From Planctomycetota bacterium (lineage in GTDB: Bacteria > Planctomycetota > UBA1135 > UBA2386): DNA of 64,000 nucleotides. The stretch lies in assembly GCA_965223545.1 (NCBI GenBank), contig OZ245006.1, positions 7,264,001 to 7,328,000 on the forward strand. Reading direction: 5' to 3'. The number at the start of each line of letters is the position of its first letter. Position 1 is the first letter of the stretch. The translations under genes were made by a program, and so were the position numbers. The notes under the pieces were generated by a model that saw nothing but the letters and a program-made list of their open reading frames with translations, searched no databases and had not been told where the DNA came from. Of this stretch, positions 9,125 through 18,524 are shown one piece after another.

Positions 9125-9450
9125 AGGACTCTCCCTACCCGCGCAGTCCGCCTGAGGAGGCGAGTCGCCAAAACGGTTCGTGTTTCGGGGCCGTGATTTC
9201 TCACGCCGCCAATCTCCTAAATCGGGTCCCCCACGCGGGAGGAGAGTCGCAGAACCAAATGAGGGGCCGCTCGAAGCGCCACCATTGCGGCAGATCGCGA
9301 AACCTCTCCGTCGCACGCCGGGGGACCCTAAGCTCTCTTGCGGCCGATGACCAGACTCCCGACACGACTCCTGCGGCTGCACCATCGCGCGAGTCTTCCA
9401 CACCGCTACGGCGCGACGGGTGTGGAGAACTCTAGCTTCGCAGATCATGG
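9125..9450 (-). ncRNA. Predicted bridge RNA of the IS110 element
   Basis: Several stems (9419-9432/9391-9404, 9320-9328/9224-9232, GAAA-capped 9192-9205) with loop segments matching the target and donor sequences; ends approximate. Confidence 0.7.
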
Positions 9451-9471
9451 AACCACACATACCGTTGCGGC

Positions 9472-10959
9472 CTACAGGATCGGCAGCAGCACCGGCGCGG
9501 GGCGGATGTCGCCCTCGTCGTCGGCGGTCGCCGGTGAGGCCGCGTAAGTCGGTCGGTTCTGGTCGTCGACGAGGACGCCGCTGGCGTTGCGATAGCCACG
9601 CCAGGCGAGGTAGCGCGTCTTGGTCACGCCGTTGGCCAAGGCACCGCCGGGCAGCACGATGTCGATGCTGTCGTCGAGGATCGTGTTGGTGCCGTCTTGG
9701 TTGGTGCCGGGGCGCGCCATCAGCTGGACGACACCCATGCCGCCGAAGCCGCCGGTGGGGTTCCGGTCCCACATGGACGCGGAACTCGGTGGGGGGTACT
9801 TGCCGTCGATCGCCAGGCCGGAGAACAAACCCTGCGTGCTGATGCCGCCGTCGGCGGACACCGCGAAGCTGTAGTCGGCCAACGCGTAGGTCTCGCCGTG
9901 GGCGTGCAGGACGATTCGACCCAGCGAGTAGAGCACGACCATTCCACCGGCGCCGCCGCCGCCGCCCGCTCCCTGGTTGTTGCTGCCGGCCTGCTCGCCG
10001 CCGCCGCCGTTGCCGCCGTTGGCGGAGATGATCCCCTGTGGCCCGACCTCGATCTTGCCCGCGGCGAGGATCACCAGCGCGCCGCCGCCGCCACCGCCGC
10101 CGCCGCCCTTGTTGTTGCTGATCCAGTTGCCGATCGGCCCGCAGAACGTGCTGCGGTCGCCGCCGCCACCTCCGCCGGCACCGCCGATCGGAGCGGCCAA
10201 CTCGCCGGGAATCACGCGGCCCTGCGCGACGTCGTAGCCCGTGCCGAAGAAGTTGTTGTCCGGATCGCTGTCGGTGAAGCCGACCGGCCCCGCCGCGCCG
10301 CCGGGCAGAAACCGCTGGCTGCTGCCACTGAAGCCCATGCAGCCGTAGCCCCCCTGGCCGAGCACTTGCACGAACGAGGTGCCGTTGGCCTTGACCGGAT
10401 ACCAGGGGTCGCCCTGCGTGGCGAAGGCGCCGCCACCGCCGCCCGAGCCGCGGCCACAGTCGCTCGTGCACGACAGCCAGCCGCCGGCACCACCGAGGTT
10501 GGCGGCGCTGCCGGGCCCGAAGCCGTACTGCCCCCGCAAGCTGGGGCCAGTCACGCTCGGGCTGCCCAGGCCGCCGTTGCCGCCACCGCAGTTGCCGACT
10601 CCGCCGGCGGTGGGAAAGTTGGCCGACTGCAGCGTGTTGACGCGGTCGCCGTCACTGCCGTCGACGCGCAGGGCGCCGTTGACGACGAAGTCACCGGTGA
10701 CGATCCACACCATCGGCCGGCTGCCGGTGCCGCGCACCGTCGTGCCGGCGGGGATGGTGACGTTGCGGAAGATGAACACGCCTCCGCTGACCCCGCGCGG
10801 CGGCTTGCCCACCGGCTGGATCTGGGTGAAGTCCGTGTCGAGGATGACCTCGGCCGCCGTCGGCATGTAGTCGCACTGCGGTTGGGCGGAAACCGCGGTC
10901 GCCAGGCCGGCCGCGCACAGGGGAGCCGCAGCCAGGCCGCGGAGGAGGGTGGTTTGCAT
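9472..10959 (-). CDS. Secreted glycine-rich protein
   Basis: Signal peptide (AVSA-Q); repeated GGGGG tracts alternating with beta strands. Confidence 0.75.
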   Translation of the reverse strand: MQTTLLRGLAAAPLCAAGLATAVSAQPQCDYMPTAAEVILDTDFTQIQPVGKPPRGVSGGVFIFRNVTIPAGTTVRGTGSRPMVWIVTGDFVVNGALRVDGSDGDRVNTLQSANFPTAGGVGNCGGGNGGLGSPSVTGPSLRGQYGFGPGSAANLGGAGGWLSCTSDCGRGSGGGGGAFATQGDPWYPVKANGTSFVQVLGQGGYGCMGFSGSSQRFLPGGAAGPVGFTDSDPDNNFFGTGYDVAQGRVIPGELAAPIGGAGGGGGGDRSTFCGPIGNWISNNKGGGGGGGGGALVILAAGKIEVGPQGIISANGGNGGGGEQAGSNNQGAGGGGGAGGMVVLYSLGRIVLHAHGETYALADYSFAVSADGGISTQGLFSGLAIDGKYPPPSSASMWDRNPTGGFGGMGVVQLMARPGTNQDGTNTILDDSIDIVLPGGALANGVTKTRYLAWRGYRNASGVLVDDQNRPTYAASPATADDEGDIRPAPVLLPIL

Positions 10960-11109
10960 CTGTTTCGTCCCGTGGAGACCCGTTTGAAGGGCGCTTCGTT
11001 GCGATGGTTAGTTCCCCCGCGCAGCGCCGTTACGGGATCGGGCGAAGACCGCGCCCGACTTTTTGGCGGCAGCCGGTTCGGTTCGCGCCACGGTGGCGCT
11101 CGGGGAGGC

Positions 11110-12141
11110 ATGCACCGACGCTCCAGGATCGCGATTCTACCGACATCCTTGCTGGCCCTTGTCTGCGGTACTGGCGTCACGGCGGCGCAGAATGCGGTCA
11201 CGACCCTTCCCCACTCGGTCCGCGATGCGGGGGGCGCATCGCTCGAGGTAATGCCTCTGGGGCGGACCAAGTGCTTTCTGCAGACGTGGTACCGGGGCGA
11301 GGGGATGGTGCCGGGTCAGGTCGTGACCAGTATCGGCTGGCGCGCCGAAGTCGGCGTGACCACCGGCAGCGGCACGCTCGCGCTGGAAGTCGTGCTCGAC
11401 AACAACGCGCGTTCGATGGCCGGGTTGTCGTCGACCTTTGCGCAGAATCTGACTGCGCCGACCACCTTCTTCGCCCTGCGCAGCATCAGCTTCCCGCGCT
11501 CGACCGGCAGCCAGTTCAACCAGCCAAGCGTGTGGATCCCCGGCGACGTGCCGTTCGTCTACTCGGGGCCGCATCTGCTGGTGCAGGTCGACAACCGGAC
11601 CAGCGCGAGTCCGGGTGGCTTCAACTATCCCGTCGACGGCATCGACATGCGCAGCTCGACGTTCAAGACGCACTACACCCGGCAGGCGTGCGGGGCGACG
11701 CACCACTCGGTGTACAGCCGCGGGAGGTGGCAGCTGGACATCACCGGTGCGGCGCCAAACACGCCGGCGGCGCTGCTGTTCGGGGTCGACAACCACCGCT
11801 TTGCCGGTGCCGGGTTGCCCTTCGACCTGAGCGGGCTGGGGCTCGCCGGCTGCCGCTTGGAGCTGGCGCCGCTCGTCGTGCTCAACACCGTCGCCGACGC
11901 CAGTGGCAACGTCGCGCTGCGCTTCAACTACGCACACAGCGGCGACAGCCGGATCGTGTTCAGCCAGGGCGTGCACTTCGACGCCGCCAATCCCGGCCGG
12001 CTGGTGACGACGCGGGCCGCGGCCTCGCATTTCGGCCAGACCGGCTACGCCGCGCGCCTGTTCAACCTCAGCGTGTTTGGACCGACCGCGGAGTTCGGCC
12101 CGGACACCACCGACCGCGCCGCCGTGCTTCTGCTGCGCTGA
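11110..12141 (+). CDS. Secreted hypothetical protein
   Basis: GGAGG RBS, signal peptide; similar to the N- and C-terminal domains of 34461-36785. Confidence 0.75.
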   Translation: MHRRSRIAILPTSLLALVCGTGVTAAQNAVTTLPHSVRDAGGASLEVMPLGRTKCFLQTWYRGEGMVPGQVVTSIGWRAEVGVTTGSGTLALEVVLDNNARSMAGLSSTFAQNLTAPTTFFALRSISFPRSTGSQFNQPSVWIPGDVPFVYSGPHLLVQVDNRTSASPGGFNYPVDGIDMRSSTFKTHYTRQACGATHHSVYSRGRWQLDITGAAPNTPAALLFGVDNHRFAGAGLPFDLSGLGLAGCRLELAPLVVLNTVADASGNVALRFNYAHSGDSRIVFSQGVHFDAANPGRLVTTRAAASHFGQTGYAARLFNLSVFGPTAEFGPDTTDRAAVLLLR

Positions 12142-12195
12142 TCGGCTCTGCGAGCGCCGGCGGCGCCGCTGCCATCGGCAGTGGTGGGCCGGGCT

Positions 12196-14901
12196 ATGAT
12201 CGGCGCAACGCCGACCGTGCCCCGAAAGCCTCCCGAAGATCATCTGCGCCGGCTCAGCGCGGCGGTCGAAGCCTTCTGGCAACACCGCCGCGCCGGTGCC
12301 GATGACGCAGCGCTCCTGGCGCGGCATCCCGAGCTGCGCGACTTGCTCGAACCGATGCTGCAGGGCGAGGTCGAGGCGGCGCCCGACGGCCCGCCGCCGG
12401 CGGCTCCCGGCGACGGCGGCGGCCTGCCGCGTTCGTTCGGTGACTTCGATCTGCGCCGCGAGCTCGGCCGGGGCGGAATGGGCATCGTCTACGAAGCCGT
12501 CGAGCGGCCGCTGGGGCGCCGCGTCGCGCTCAAGGTGCTGCGCGCCGATTACGGCCAGAGTCCGCGGCAGGTCGAGCGCTTCCGCCGCGAGGCGTCGGCG
12601 GCGGCCCGGCTCAACCACCGCGACATCGCCGCAGTGCACCGCGTCGGCGCGCAGGACGGCGTGCACTTCATCGCCATGCAGCTGGTCGAGGGAGTGCCGT
12701 TGGCGATCGCCCTCGATCGCGTCCGCGCGGCCGTCGGCGAGCAGCCGCCGGGGAGCGAGCAGACGCTCGGCAGTGGGCTTGGCCGCGGCTATCTGCGCGA
12801 GTGCGCCGAGGTGTGTGCGCGGATCGCGGACGCGCTGCAGTACGCCCACGACCACGGCGTGCTGCACCGCGACGTCAAGCCGCACAACGTGCTGCTGTCC
12901 GGCGACGGGCAGGTGACGCTGGTCGACTTCGGCCTGGCCAAGGACCTCGACGCGGACCCGCTGTCGCGCACCGGCGAGCTCGCCGGCACGCCGCAGTACA
13001 TGAGCCCGGAACAGACCGCTCGAGGTGGCGCCGTGGTCGACCACCGGACCGATGTGTATTCGCTGGGCGTGGTCCTCTACGAGCTCATCACCCTGTGCTG
13101 TCCGTTCGACGGCCCGACGACGCATGCGATCCTCGCCGACATCGCGGTGCGCGAACCGCGTCCGTTGCGCAGGCACAACCCCGCCGTGCCGATCGACCTG
13201 GAGACGGTGTGTCGAGTCGCCATGGACAAGGATGCGGCCCGTCGCTACCAGACGGCAGGTGAGCTCGCCGCCGACCTGCGCCGCTTCGCCCGCGGTGAGC
13301 CCGTGGCTGCGCGGGCCCCCGGGGTGGCGACGCGCGCGCTGCGGTGGTCGCGGCGCCACCGCGCCGCCAGCGTGGCCGGCGTGTTGGCGTTCTTGCTGGT
13401 GGTGATCGCGCCCGCGCTGTTCGGTCTGCGCGAATGGCGATCGCGCCGGGCACTGGCGGACGAGCAGGCGCGCACCGCGGCGCAGCGCGATGTCGCACGC
13501 ACAGCTCTGCATCGGGCGCGCGATGCGATCGCCGAGCTGTTCGGCGTGTTCGTCGATGACGACGTAGCGCCGCTGCCGCAGCTCGAGCAGTTGCGGCGCA
13601 CGCTGTTGGAGCGCGCAATCCCGTATGACGAGGCCTTCCTGCAGCTGGCGCCCGACGACCCGTACCTGCGCCGCGGTGCCGCCGAGTCGCACCTGCGGTT
13701 GGGCAACGCACTCGAGCAGCTCGGTCGGTTCGAGCCGGCGGCCGCGCACCTGGATTCGTGCATCGAGCAGGTTGTCGCTCTGCGCGGGGAAAGCGATGGG
13801 CCGCGGCTGCGCCAGCTGCACGCGCGTGCGCTGCGGCTTTCCGCCCGCGTCGCAGCGCGGGTCGGGCCGGTCGACCGCGCCGCCCGCGACCGCGCCGCGG
13901 CGGTCGAGCTGTTGGCGGGCTTGGTCGACGATGCGGATGCAACGGTCGCCGGGCCGGCGGCCATCGCCCTGTCGGCGCTCTTGGTGGAGCGGGCCAGAGA
14001 AGACATGCTGCGGCGCGGCGCGCTGCAGAGTGCCGATGCGGACTTGCAGCGGGCGGCCGCGCTGTGGCCGGCACTACCGCCGGCGGTGCGCGATGCCGCC
14101 GTGCATCGCGCGGCGCGCGGTGAGCTGCACCGCCAGCGAGGGCGGCTCGAGATGATGCGGGGCGATCTGCGCGCCGCCGACGAGTGCTTCTCGCAGGCGG
14201 AAGACCTGGTCGCGGCCGCTTTGGATGACGAGCCGCGCCACGCCGGCCGCCGGCGGCTGGCGGGCGATCTCGGCAACCTGCGCGGCCAGGTGCTCGACCA
14301 GCTCGGCGAGCCGGCTGCGGCCCGCGCGTGCTTTTCCGCCGCCACCGCGGCGTATCGCGACCTGGTGCGTGAGTTTCCGGACACCATGGCGTTCCGCCAT
14401 CAGCTCGGGCTGCTGCTGCACAGCAGCGGGATGTTCTGTGCGCGCCAGCAGGAGTGGCCCGTGGCCGAGCGGCACTTGGTCGAAGCACTGGCGGTGGTGG
14501 AGGAGCTCGTCGCGCGAGCGCCGCGAGCGCTCGCTGGTCAGAGTCTGCTCAGCGGCGTGCTCGACCTGCTGTCGGCGGTGCGCCAAGAGCTGCCCGATCA
14601 CGACCCGCAGCAAGTCGAGGCCGGGTTTCGCCGCGCGTTGGCGGTTCTCGAGCCGTTGCTGGCGGAGCGCCCGCAGCTGGTGCCTTTGCGCGAGAATCTG
14701 GCCAACACACTGTCCAACTTAGGCTGGTTCGCGCTGCGCCGCGGCGATCTCGACGCTGCGCGCGCGCATCTCGACCGGGCCGTCGAGGCGATCGCCACGG
14801 TGCGCGCGGCGTTGCCAAAGGACGGCCAGGTCGCGGAGGCCGCGGCGCGTATCGACGATCGCCTGGCGGCCCTGGTGCGGGCCGAGCAGGAGGTGCGGTG
14901 A
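12196..14901 (+). CDS. Ser/Thr protein kinase with TM and TPR-like C-terminus
   Basis: LGRGGMGIVY, VALKVL, HRDVKPHN, DFGLA, GTPQYMSPEQ; start uncertain (12196 or 12217). Confidence 0.95.
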   Translation: MIGATPTVPRKPPEDHLRRLSAAVEAFWQHRRAGADDAALLARHPELRDLLEPMLQGEVEAAPDGPPPAAPGDGGGLPRSFGDFDLRRELGRGGMGIVYEAVERPLGRRVALKVLRADYGQSPRQVERFRREASAAARLNHRDIAAVHRVGAQDGVHFIAMQLVEGVPLAIALDRVRAAVGEQPPGSEQTLGSGLGRGYLRECAEVCARIADALQYAHDHGVLHRDVKPHNVLLSGDGQVTLVDFGLAKDLDADPLSRTGELAGTPQYMSPEQTARGGAVVDHRTDVYSLGVVLYELITLCCPFDGPTTHAILADIAVREPRPLRRHNPAVPIDLETVCRVAMDKDAARRYQTAGELAADLRRFARGEPVAARAPGVATRALRWSRRHRAASVAGVLAFLLVVIAPALFGLREWRSRRALADEQARTAAQRDVARTALHRARDAIAELFGVFVDDDVAPLPQLEQLRRTLLERAIPYDEAFLQLAPDDPYLRRGAAESHLRLGNALEQLGRFEPAAAHLDSCIEQVVALRGESDGPRLRQLHARALRLSARVAARVGPVDRAARDRAAAVELLAGLVDDADATVAGPAAIALSALLVERAREDMLRRGALQSADADLQRAAALWPALPPAVRDAAVHRAARGELHRQRGRLEMMRGDLRAADECFSQAEDLVAAALDDEPRHAGRRRLAGDLGNLRGQVLDQLGEPAAARACFSAATAAYRDLVREFPDTMAFRHQLGLLLHSSGMFCARQQEWPVAERHLVEALAVVEELVARAPRALAGQSLLSGVLDLLSAVRQELPDHDPQQVEAGFRRALAVLEPLLAERPQLVPLRENLANTLSNLGWFALRRGDLDAARAHLDRAVEAIATVRAALPKDGQVAEAAARIDDRLAALVRAEQEVR

Positions 14902-15539
14902 GCACCAGCCGACACGACACGTTGCACCTGCTGCGGCGGTGGCAGAGCGGTGACCAGCGCGCGCTGGATGCGTTGATCACCCGCCACCTGCCGTGGATCG
15001 CGGCGCAGGTCCGGCGGCAGGTCGGTGTCCAGCTGCGTGCCCGCGCCGAGACGCAGGACTTGGTGCACGACGCGGTCATCGAAGTGATGCGCGACGGCCC
15101 GCGCTTCGAAGTCAGCGATGAGCACGCGTTCCGGGGCCTCCTCGCCCGCATCGTCGCCAACACGCTGCGCGACCGCGCGCGCTTCGAGGGGCGGCAGCGC
15201 CGCAGCGCCGGCCGCGAGTGGGGGGGCGTGGCGGACACCGTCCTCAGTCTCGACACGCCCGGCACTGCGGGGCAGCGGCCGAGTCAGGCGGCGGCCCGCG
15301 ACGAAGAGGTTGCTTGGGTTCGCCTTGCCCTGGAGCTGCTGGCGCCGGAGGACCGCGACGTCATTTGGCTGCGCGAGTTCGAGGAGCTCGAGTTCGCCCA
15401 GGTCGGTGCGCGTTTGGGCACCGGCGCCGATGCTGCGCGGATGCGCTTTCACCGCGCTCTGCCCCGGCTCGCCTCACGGGTGGCGCAGCTGCGCAGCGGG
15501 GCGGTGCGGCAGGCGTTGACCGAGGCCGATGGTGGGTGA
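14898..15539 (+). CDS. ECF sigma factor (kinase-associated type)
   Basis: GTGA overlap with the kinase; GDQRALDAL, ETQDLVHD, RPSQAA, ARMRFHRAL. Confidence 0.85.
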   Translation: MSTSRHDTLHLLRRWQSGDQRALDALITRHLPWIAAQVRRQVGVQLRARAETQDLVHDAVIEVMRDGPRFEVSDEHAFRGLLARIVANTLRDRARFEGRQRRSAGREWGGVADTVLSLDTPGTAGQRPSQAAARDEEVAWVRLALELLAPEDRDVIWLREFEELEFAQVGARLGTGADAARMRFHRALPRLASRVAQLRSGAVRQALTEADGG

Positions 15540-15562
15540 GTGCGGCCGTCGCCGCGTCATGG

Positions 15563-17647
15563 TCAGTCTTCGATGCTCTCTTCGGCGACGCCGGCGGCGG
15601 CCGCGCGCGACAGGCGCAGTCGCCCGCGCGCGTCGAGGCCCAACACCTGCACGACGATCTCGTCCCCTTCGGCCACCGGTGGCTTGCCGGGCCCGGCGGC
15701 TGGGCCGAGCTCCTCACTCGGAATCAGGCCTTCGTTGACCTGGTTGATGCGGGCGAACGCGCCGAAGTCGCGCACGCCGGTGACCACGGCGCGGTAATAG
15801 TGTCGCGCGCGGACCACGCCGGCGGCCTGGTGCACCAGCCGCATGGCCGCGCGCGCGGCCCGGGGGGTGGCGGCGTAGACCCGCACGATCGCGTCGTCGT
15901 CGACCGTGACCCGTGCACCGGTGGATGCCTCGATGGCGCGGATGTTCGCGCCGCGCGGGCCGACGAGGTTGCCGATCGCACTCGGCATGATCGCGGTGCG
16001 TTCGGCGCGCGGCGCGTGCGGGCTCGGCTCGGTGGCGGGCGCATCGATCACGGAACGCATCGCAGCCAAGATGTGGAGGAGCCCGTCGGTGGCCTGTGCC
16101 AGCGCCTCGCCCAACTGCTCGGCGGACAAGCCGCCCACCTTGTTGTCGAGTTGCAGCGCGGTGATGCCGTGCTCGGTGCCGACCACCTTGAAGTCCATGT
16201 CGCCTAGATGGTCCTCGTCGCCGAGGATGTCGGAGAGGACGCGGGTGCGCGTTCCGTCCGTGACCAAGCCCATGGCGATGCCGGCGACCATCGCGCGCAA
16301 CGGCACGCCGGCGTCGAGCATCGCCATGCATCCGCCACAGACGGTCGCCATTGACGACGAGCCGTTGCTCATGCTGATCTCGGACTCGACGCGCACCGTG
16401 TACGGGTAGTCGTCGAACGAGGGCATGACCCGGTGGAGGCCGCGCCGCGCCAGGTGGCCGTGGCCGATCTCGCGGCGGCCCGGGCCACGGAGCGGCCGCA
16501 CCTCGCCGACGCTGTAGGGCGGAAAGCCGTAGTGGAGCAAGAAATGCTCGGTGCTGCTGCCGGCGAGGGACTCGATGCGCTGCGCATCTTCGGCGGTGCC
16601 GAGCGTGCAGCTGCACAGCGCCTGCGTCTCGCCGCGCGTGAAGATCGCCGAGCCGTGCGCGCGCGGCAGCCAACCCGTCTCGCCCCAGATCGGCCGGATG
16701 TCGGCCGGAGCGCGGCCGTCGAGCCGACGGCCCTCGGCGAGAATGGCCTCGCGGACACTTTGGGCTAGCCGGGCATCGAAGGCCGCCGCCAGCGCGCCGC
16801 GCGCCGCCGCATCCGCGGTGTCGAGGAGCGCGGTGCGCGCCGCGGCGATGGCGCTGCGCCGCGCGGTCTTGTCGGTAGTCTGCAGCGCGGCCTGCAGGGC
16901 GGCATCCGTCTCGGCGTCGAGTGTGGGCAGCGTCGGAGCAGGCGGCGGCGGCTGGCGTCGCGCGCCGGCGGAGGTCGCGAGTGCATCGATGGCCTTGCAC
17001 GCCTTGCGCAACCAGCCGGTGGCGGTCTCCAGTGCGGCCAGCGCCTCACCGGCGTCGACTTCGGCGGCCTCGCCTTCGACCATGACCAGCCCGTCGGGGC
17101 CGGCGCTGACCACGAAGTCGAGCGTGGCCTCCGCACGCTGTCGGCTCGAGGCGAACGCGTGCCAACCTCCGCCGCTGCGGACGACACGCAGCCCGGCGGC
17201 GGGCCCAGCGGCCGGCACCGGGCTGAGTCGGATCGCGGCGCCGGCGGCGAGCAGGGCCAAGCTGGTCAGGTCCGACGTCGGCTCGGCGGACATCACCGTG
17301 ACCTGTACCTGGACCTCGTGGTGGTAGCCCTTGGGAAACAGCGAGCGCAGGGTGCGGTCGATCAGCCGCGACGTCAGGACTTCGTGATCGGTGATGCGCC
17401 CCTCGCGGCGTTGGAACGAGCCTGGAATGCGGCCGGCGGCTGCCAGCTTCTCGCGGTACTCGATCTGCAGCGGCAAGAAGTCCACGCCGTCGCGGGCGTT
17501 CTCGGCGGCGACGACCGTGGCGAGGATGACGTTGTCGCCGGCGCGGGCCAGCACCGCGCCGCTGGCGTGGCAGGCGATGCGACCGGTCTCCAGGGTGCAC
17601 TCGGTGCCGGCAATCGTGACGGAGTGTCGGTGGGGCGCGTCGGGCAT
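15563..17647 (-). CDS. pnp: Polyribonucleotide nucleotidyltransferase (PNPase) homolog
   Basis: SRLIDR, FTRGETQ, RREIGHG, SNGSSSMA, DHLGDMDFKV, KH and S1 domains. Confidence 0.9.
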   Translation of the reverse strand: MPDAPHRHSVTIAGTECTLETGRIACHASGAVLARAGDNVILATVVAAENARDGVDFLPLQIEYREKLAAAGRIPGSFQRREGRITDHEVLTSRLIDRTLRSLFPKGYHHEVQVQVTVMSAEPTSDLTSLALLAAGAAIRLSPVPAAGPAAGLRVVRSGGGWHAFASSRQRAEATLDFVVSAGPDGLVMVEGEAAEVDAGEALAALETATGWLRKACKAIDALATSAGARRQPPPPAPTLPTLDAETDAALQAALQTTDKTARRSAIAAARTALLDTADAAARGALAAAFDARLAQSVREAILAEGRRLDGRAPADIRPIWGETGWLPRAHGSAIFTRGETQALCSCTLGTAEDAQRIESLAGSSTEHFLLHYGFPPYSVGEVRPLRGPGRREIGHGHLARRGLHRVMPSFDDYPYTVRVESEISMSNGSSSMATVCGGCMAMLDAGVPLRAMVAGIAMGLVTDGTRTRVLSDILGDEDHLGDMDFKVVGTEHGITALQLDNKVGGLSAEQLGEALAQATDGLLHILAAMRSVIDAPATEPSPHAPRAERTAIMPSAIGNLVGPRGANIRAIEASTGARVTVDDDAIVRVYAATPRAARAAMRLVHQAAGVVRARHYYRAVVTGVRDFGAFARINQVNEGLIPSEELGPAAGPGKPPVAEGDEIVVQVLGLDARGRLRLSRAAAAGVAEESIED

Positions 17648-17704
17648 CGCGCGACAGCCTACCGCCGACCCCGCGCCGCCTGCTAACCTGCAATCGCCGC
17701 CACG

Positions 17705-18295
17705 ATGCATCACCTGGTGACCGAACGCCTGCACCTGCGGCCGCTTGCCGCCTCCGACCTCGAGTTCTTGGCCGCCATGCACGGCGACCCCGAGGTCGCG
17801 CGCTACATCGGCCCCGGCCGCCCGCGGTCGCGCGCCGAGTCCGCCGAATGGCTCGAGCGCGCCCTGGCGCTGTACGAGACGCAGGGCCTCGGTCACCTCG
17901 CCGTGGTGCGCGCAGCTGATGGCGTCCTGCTGGGTCGCTGCGGATTGCTGCCGTTCGCCGTCGCGCGCGGCGAAGGACCCGTACGCAGGGCCTTCGTCCC
18001 GGGCGAGCCCGTGCCGGCCGGCGTGCGCACCGACACCGAACTCGAGGTCGGCTACACCTTTGCCCGCGCGGCGTGGGGGCAAGGCTACGCCACCGAGGCG
18101 GCGCGCGCGGTACGCGACGACGCGTTCGCGCGTCTCGACGTGTCATCATTGATCTCGGTCATCCATCCGAACAACACCGGATCGCGCCGCGTCGCCGAGC
18201 GCAACGGAATGCGCCAAGACGGCGAGCTCGAGGCATTTGGTTGGCGCTGCCTGCGCTACTCGATCACCAAGGCCTGGTGGGCCCAGGTCACGTAG
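17705..18295 (+). CDS. GNAT family N-acetyltransferase (RimJ/RimL-like)
   Basis: TERLHLRP, EVGY..WGQGYATEAA, NTGSRRVAERNGM. Confidence 0.9.
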   Translation: MHHLVTERLHLRPLAASDLEFLAAMHGDPEVARYIGPGRPRSRAESAEWLERALALYETQGLGHLAVVRAADGVLLGRCGLLPFAVARGEGPVRRAFVPGEPVPAGVRTDTELEVGYTFARAAWGQGYATEAARAVRDDAFARLDVSSLISVIHPNNTGSRRVAERNGMRQDGELEAFGWRCLRYSITKAWWAQVT

Positions 18296-18449
18296 CAGCT
18301 CCGAAGAGCGCGAGCGATCCCGTCCGCAACCCCGGCCGCTCGGAGACGTCCAACCGCCCCCGCGACCGCCGCCACAGCTTGGTCCGCGTCTCCGTCACCA
18401 TCGGCGTTGGTCCGGCCCTAGGGACGACCTGCCCCCCGCCGATCGCAAG

Positions 18450-18524
18450 TGTCGAAGTCCTGACGACAACCGGCCTTTCGGAAGTGTTGTCGCCGCACGA
18501 AGATTCTCGGCCCCGGACGCTCAG
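18450..18524 (+). repeat. Dispersed repeat copy B (conserved 3' part; degenerate CCGCAACC at ~18324)
   Basis: Reverse complement CTGAGCGTCCGGGGCCG..AATCTTCG.GCGGCGACAAC matches 7341-7415. Confidence 0.75.

Larger units (their letters stand above)
7524..9463 (-). mobile_element. IS110-family element (bridge-recombinase type)
   Basis: IS110 recombinase ORF; no TIRs; removing 7524-9463 restores GGCCGCAAC|CAAA, identical to 23328-23340; TTGACA near the right end. Confidence 0.85.

Noticed and set aside
7524..9461. Alternative IS110 boundary using a duplicated TAT core (7524-7526 / 9459-9461)
   Set aside because: It leaves 5 extra bases (GGTAT) relative to the empty repeat at 23328, breaks the 17-nt promoter spacing and explains less of the right donor guide
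11137..13821. 894-aa minus-strand ORF, and similar long ORFs at 4843-6699, 23479-25380, 30279-32834, 33469-36123, 41659-44709, 44630-46828, 48628-50928, 51970-54279
   Set aside because: Antisense or off-frame shadows of motif-bearing genes, expected at this GC content
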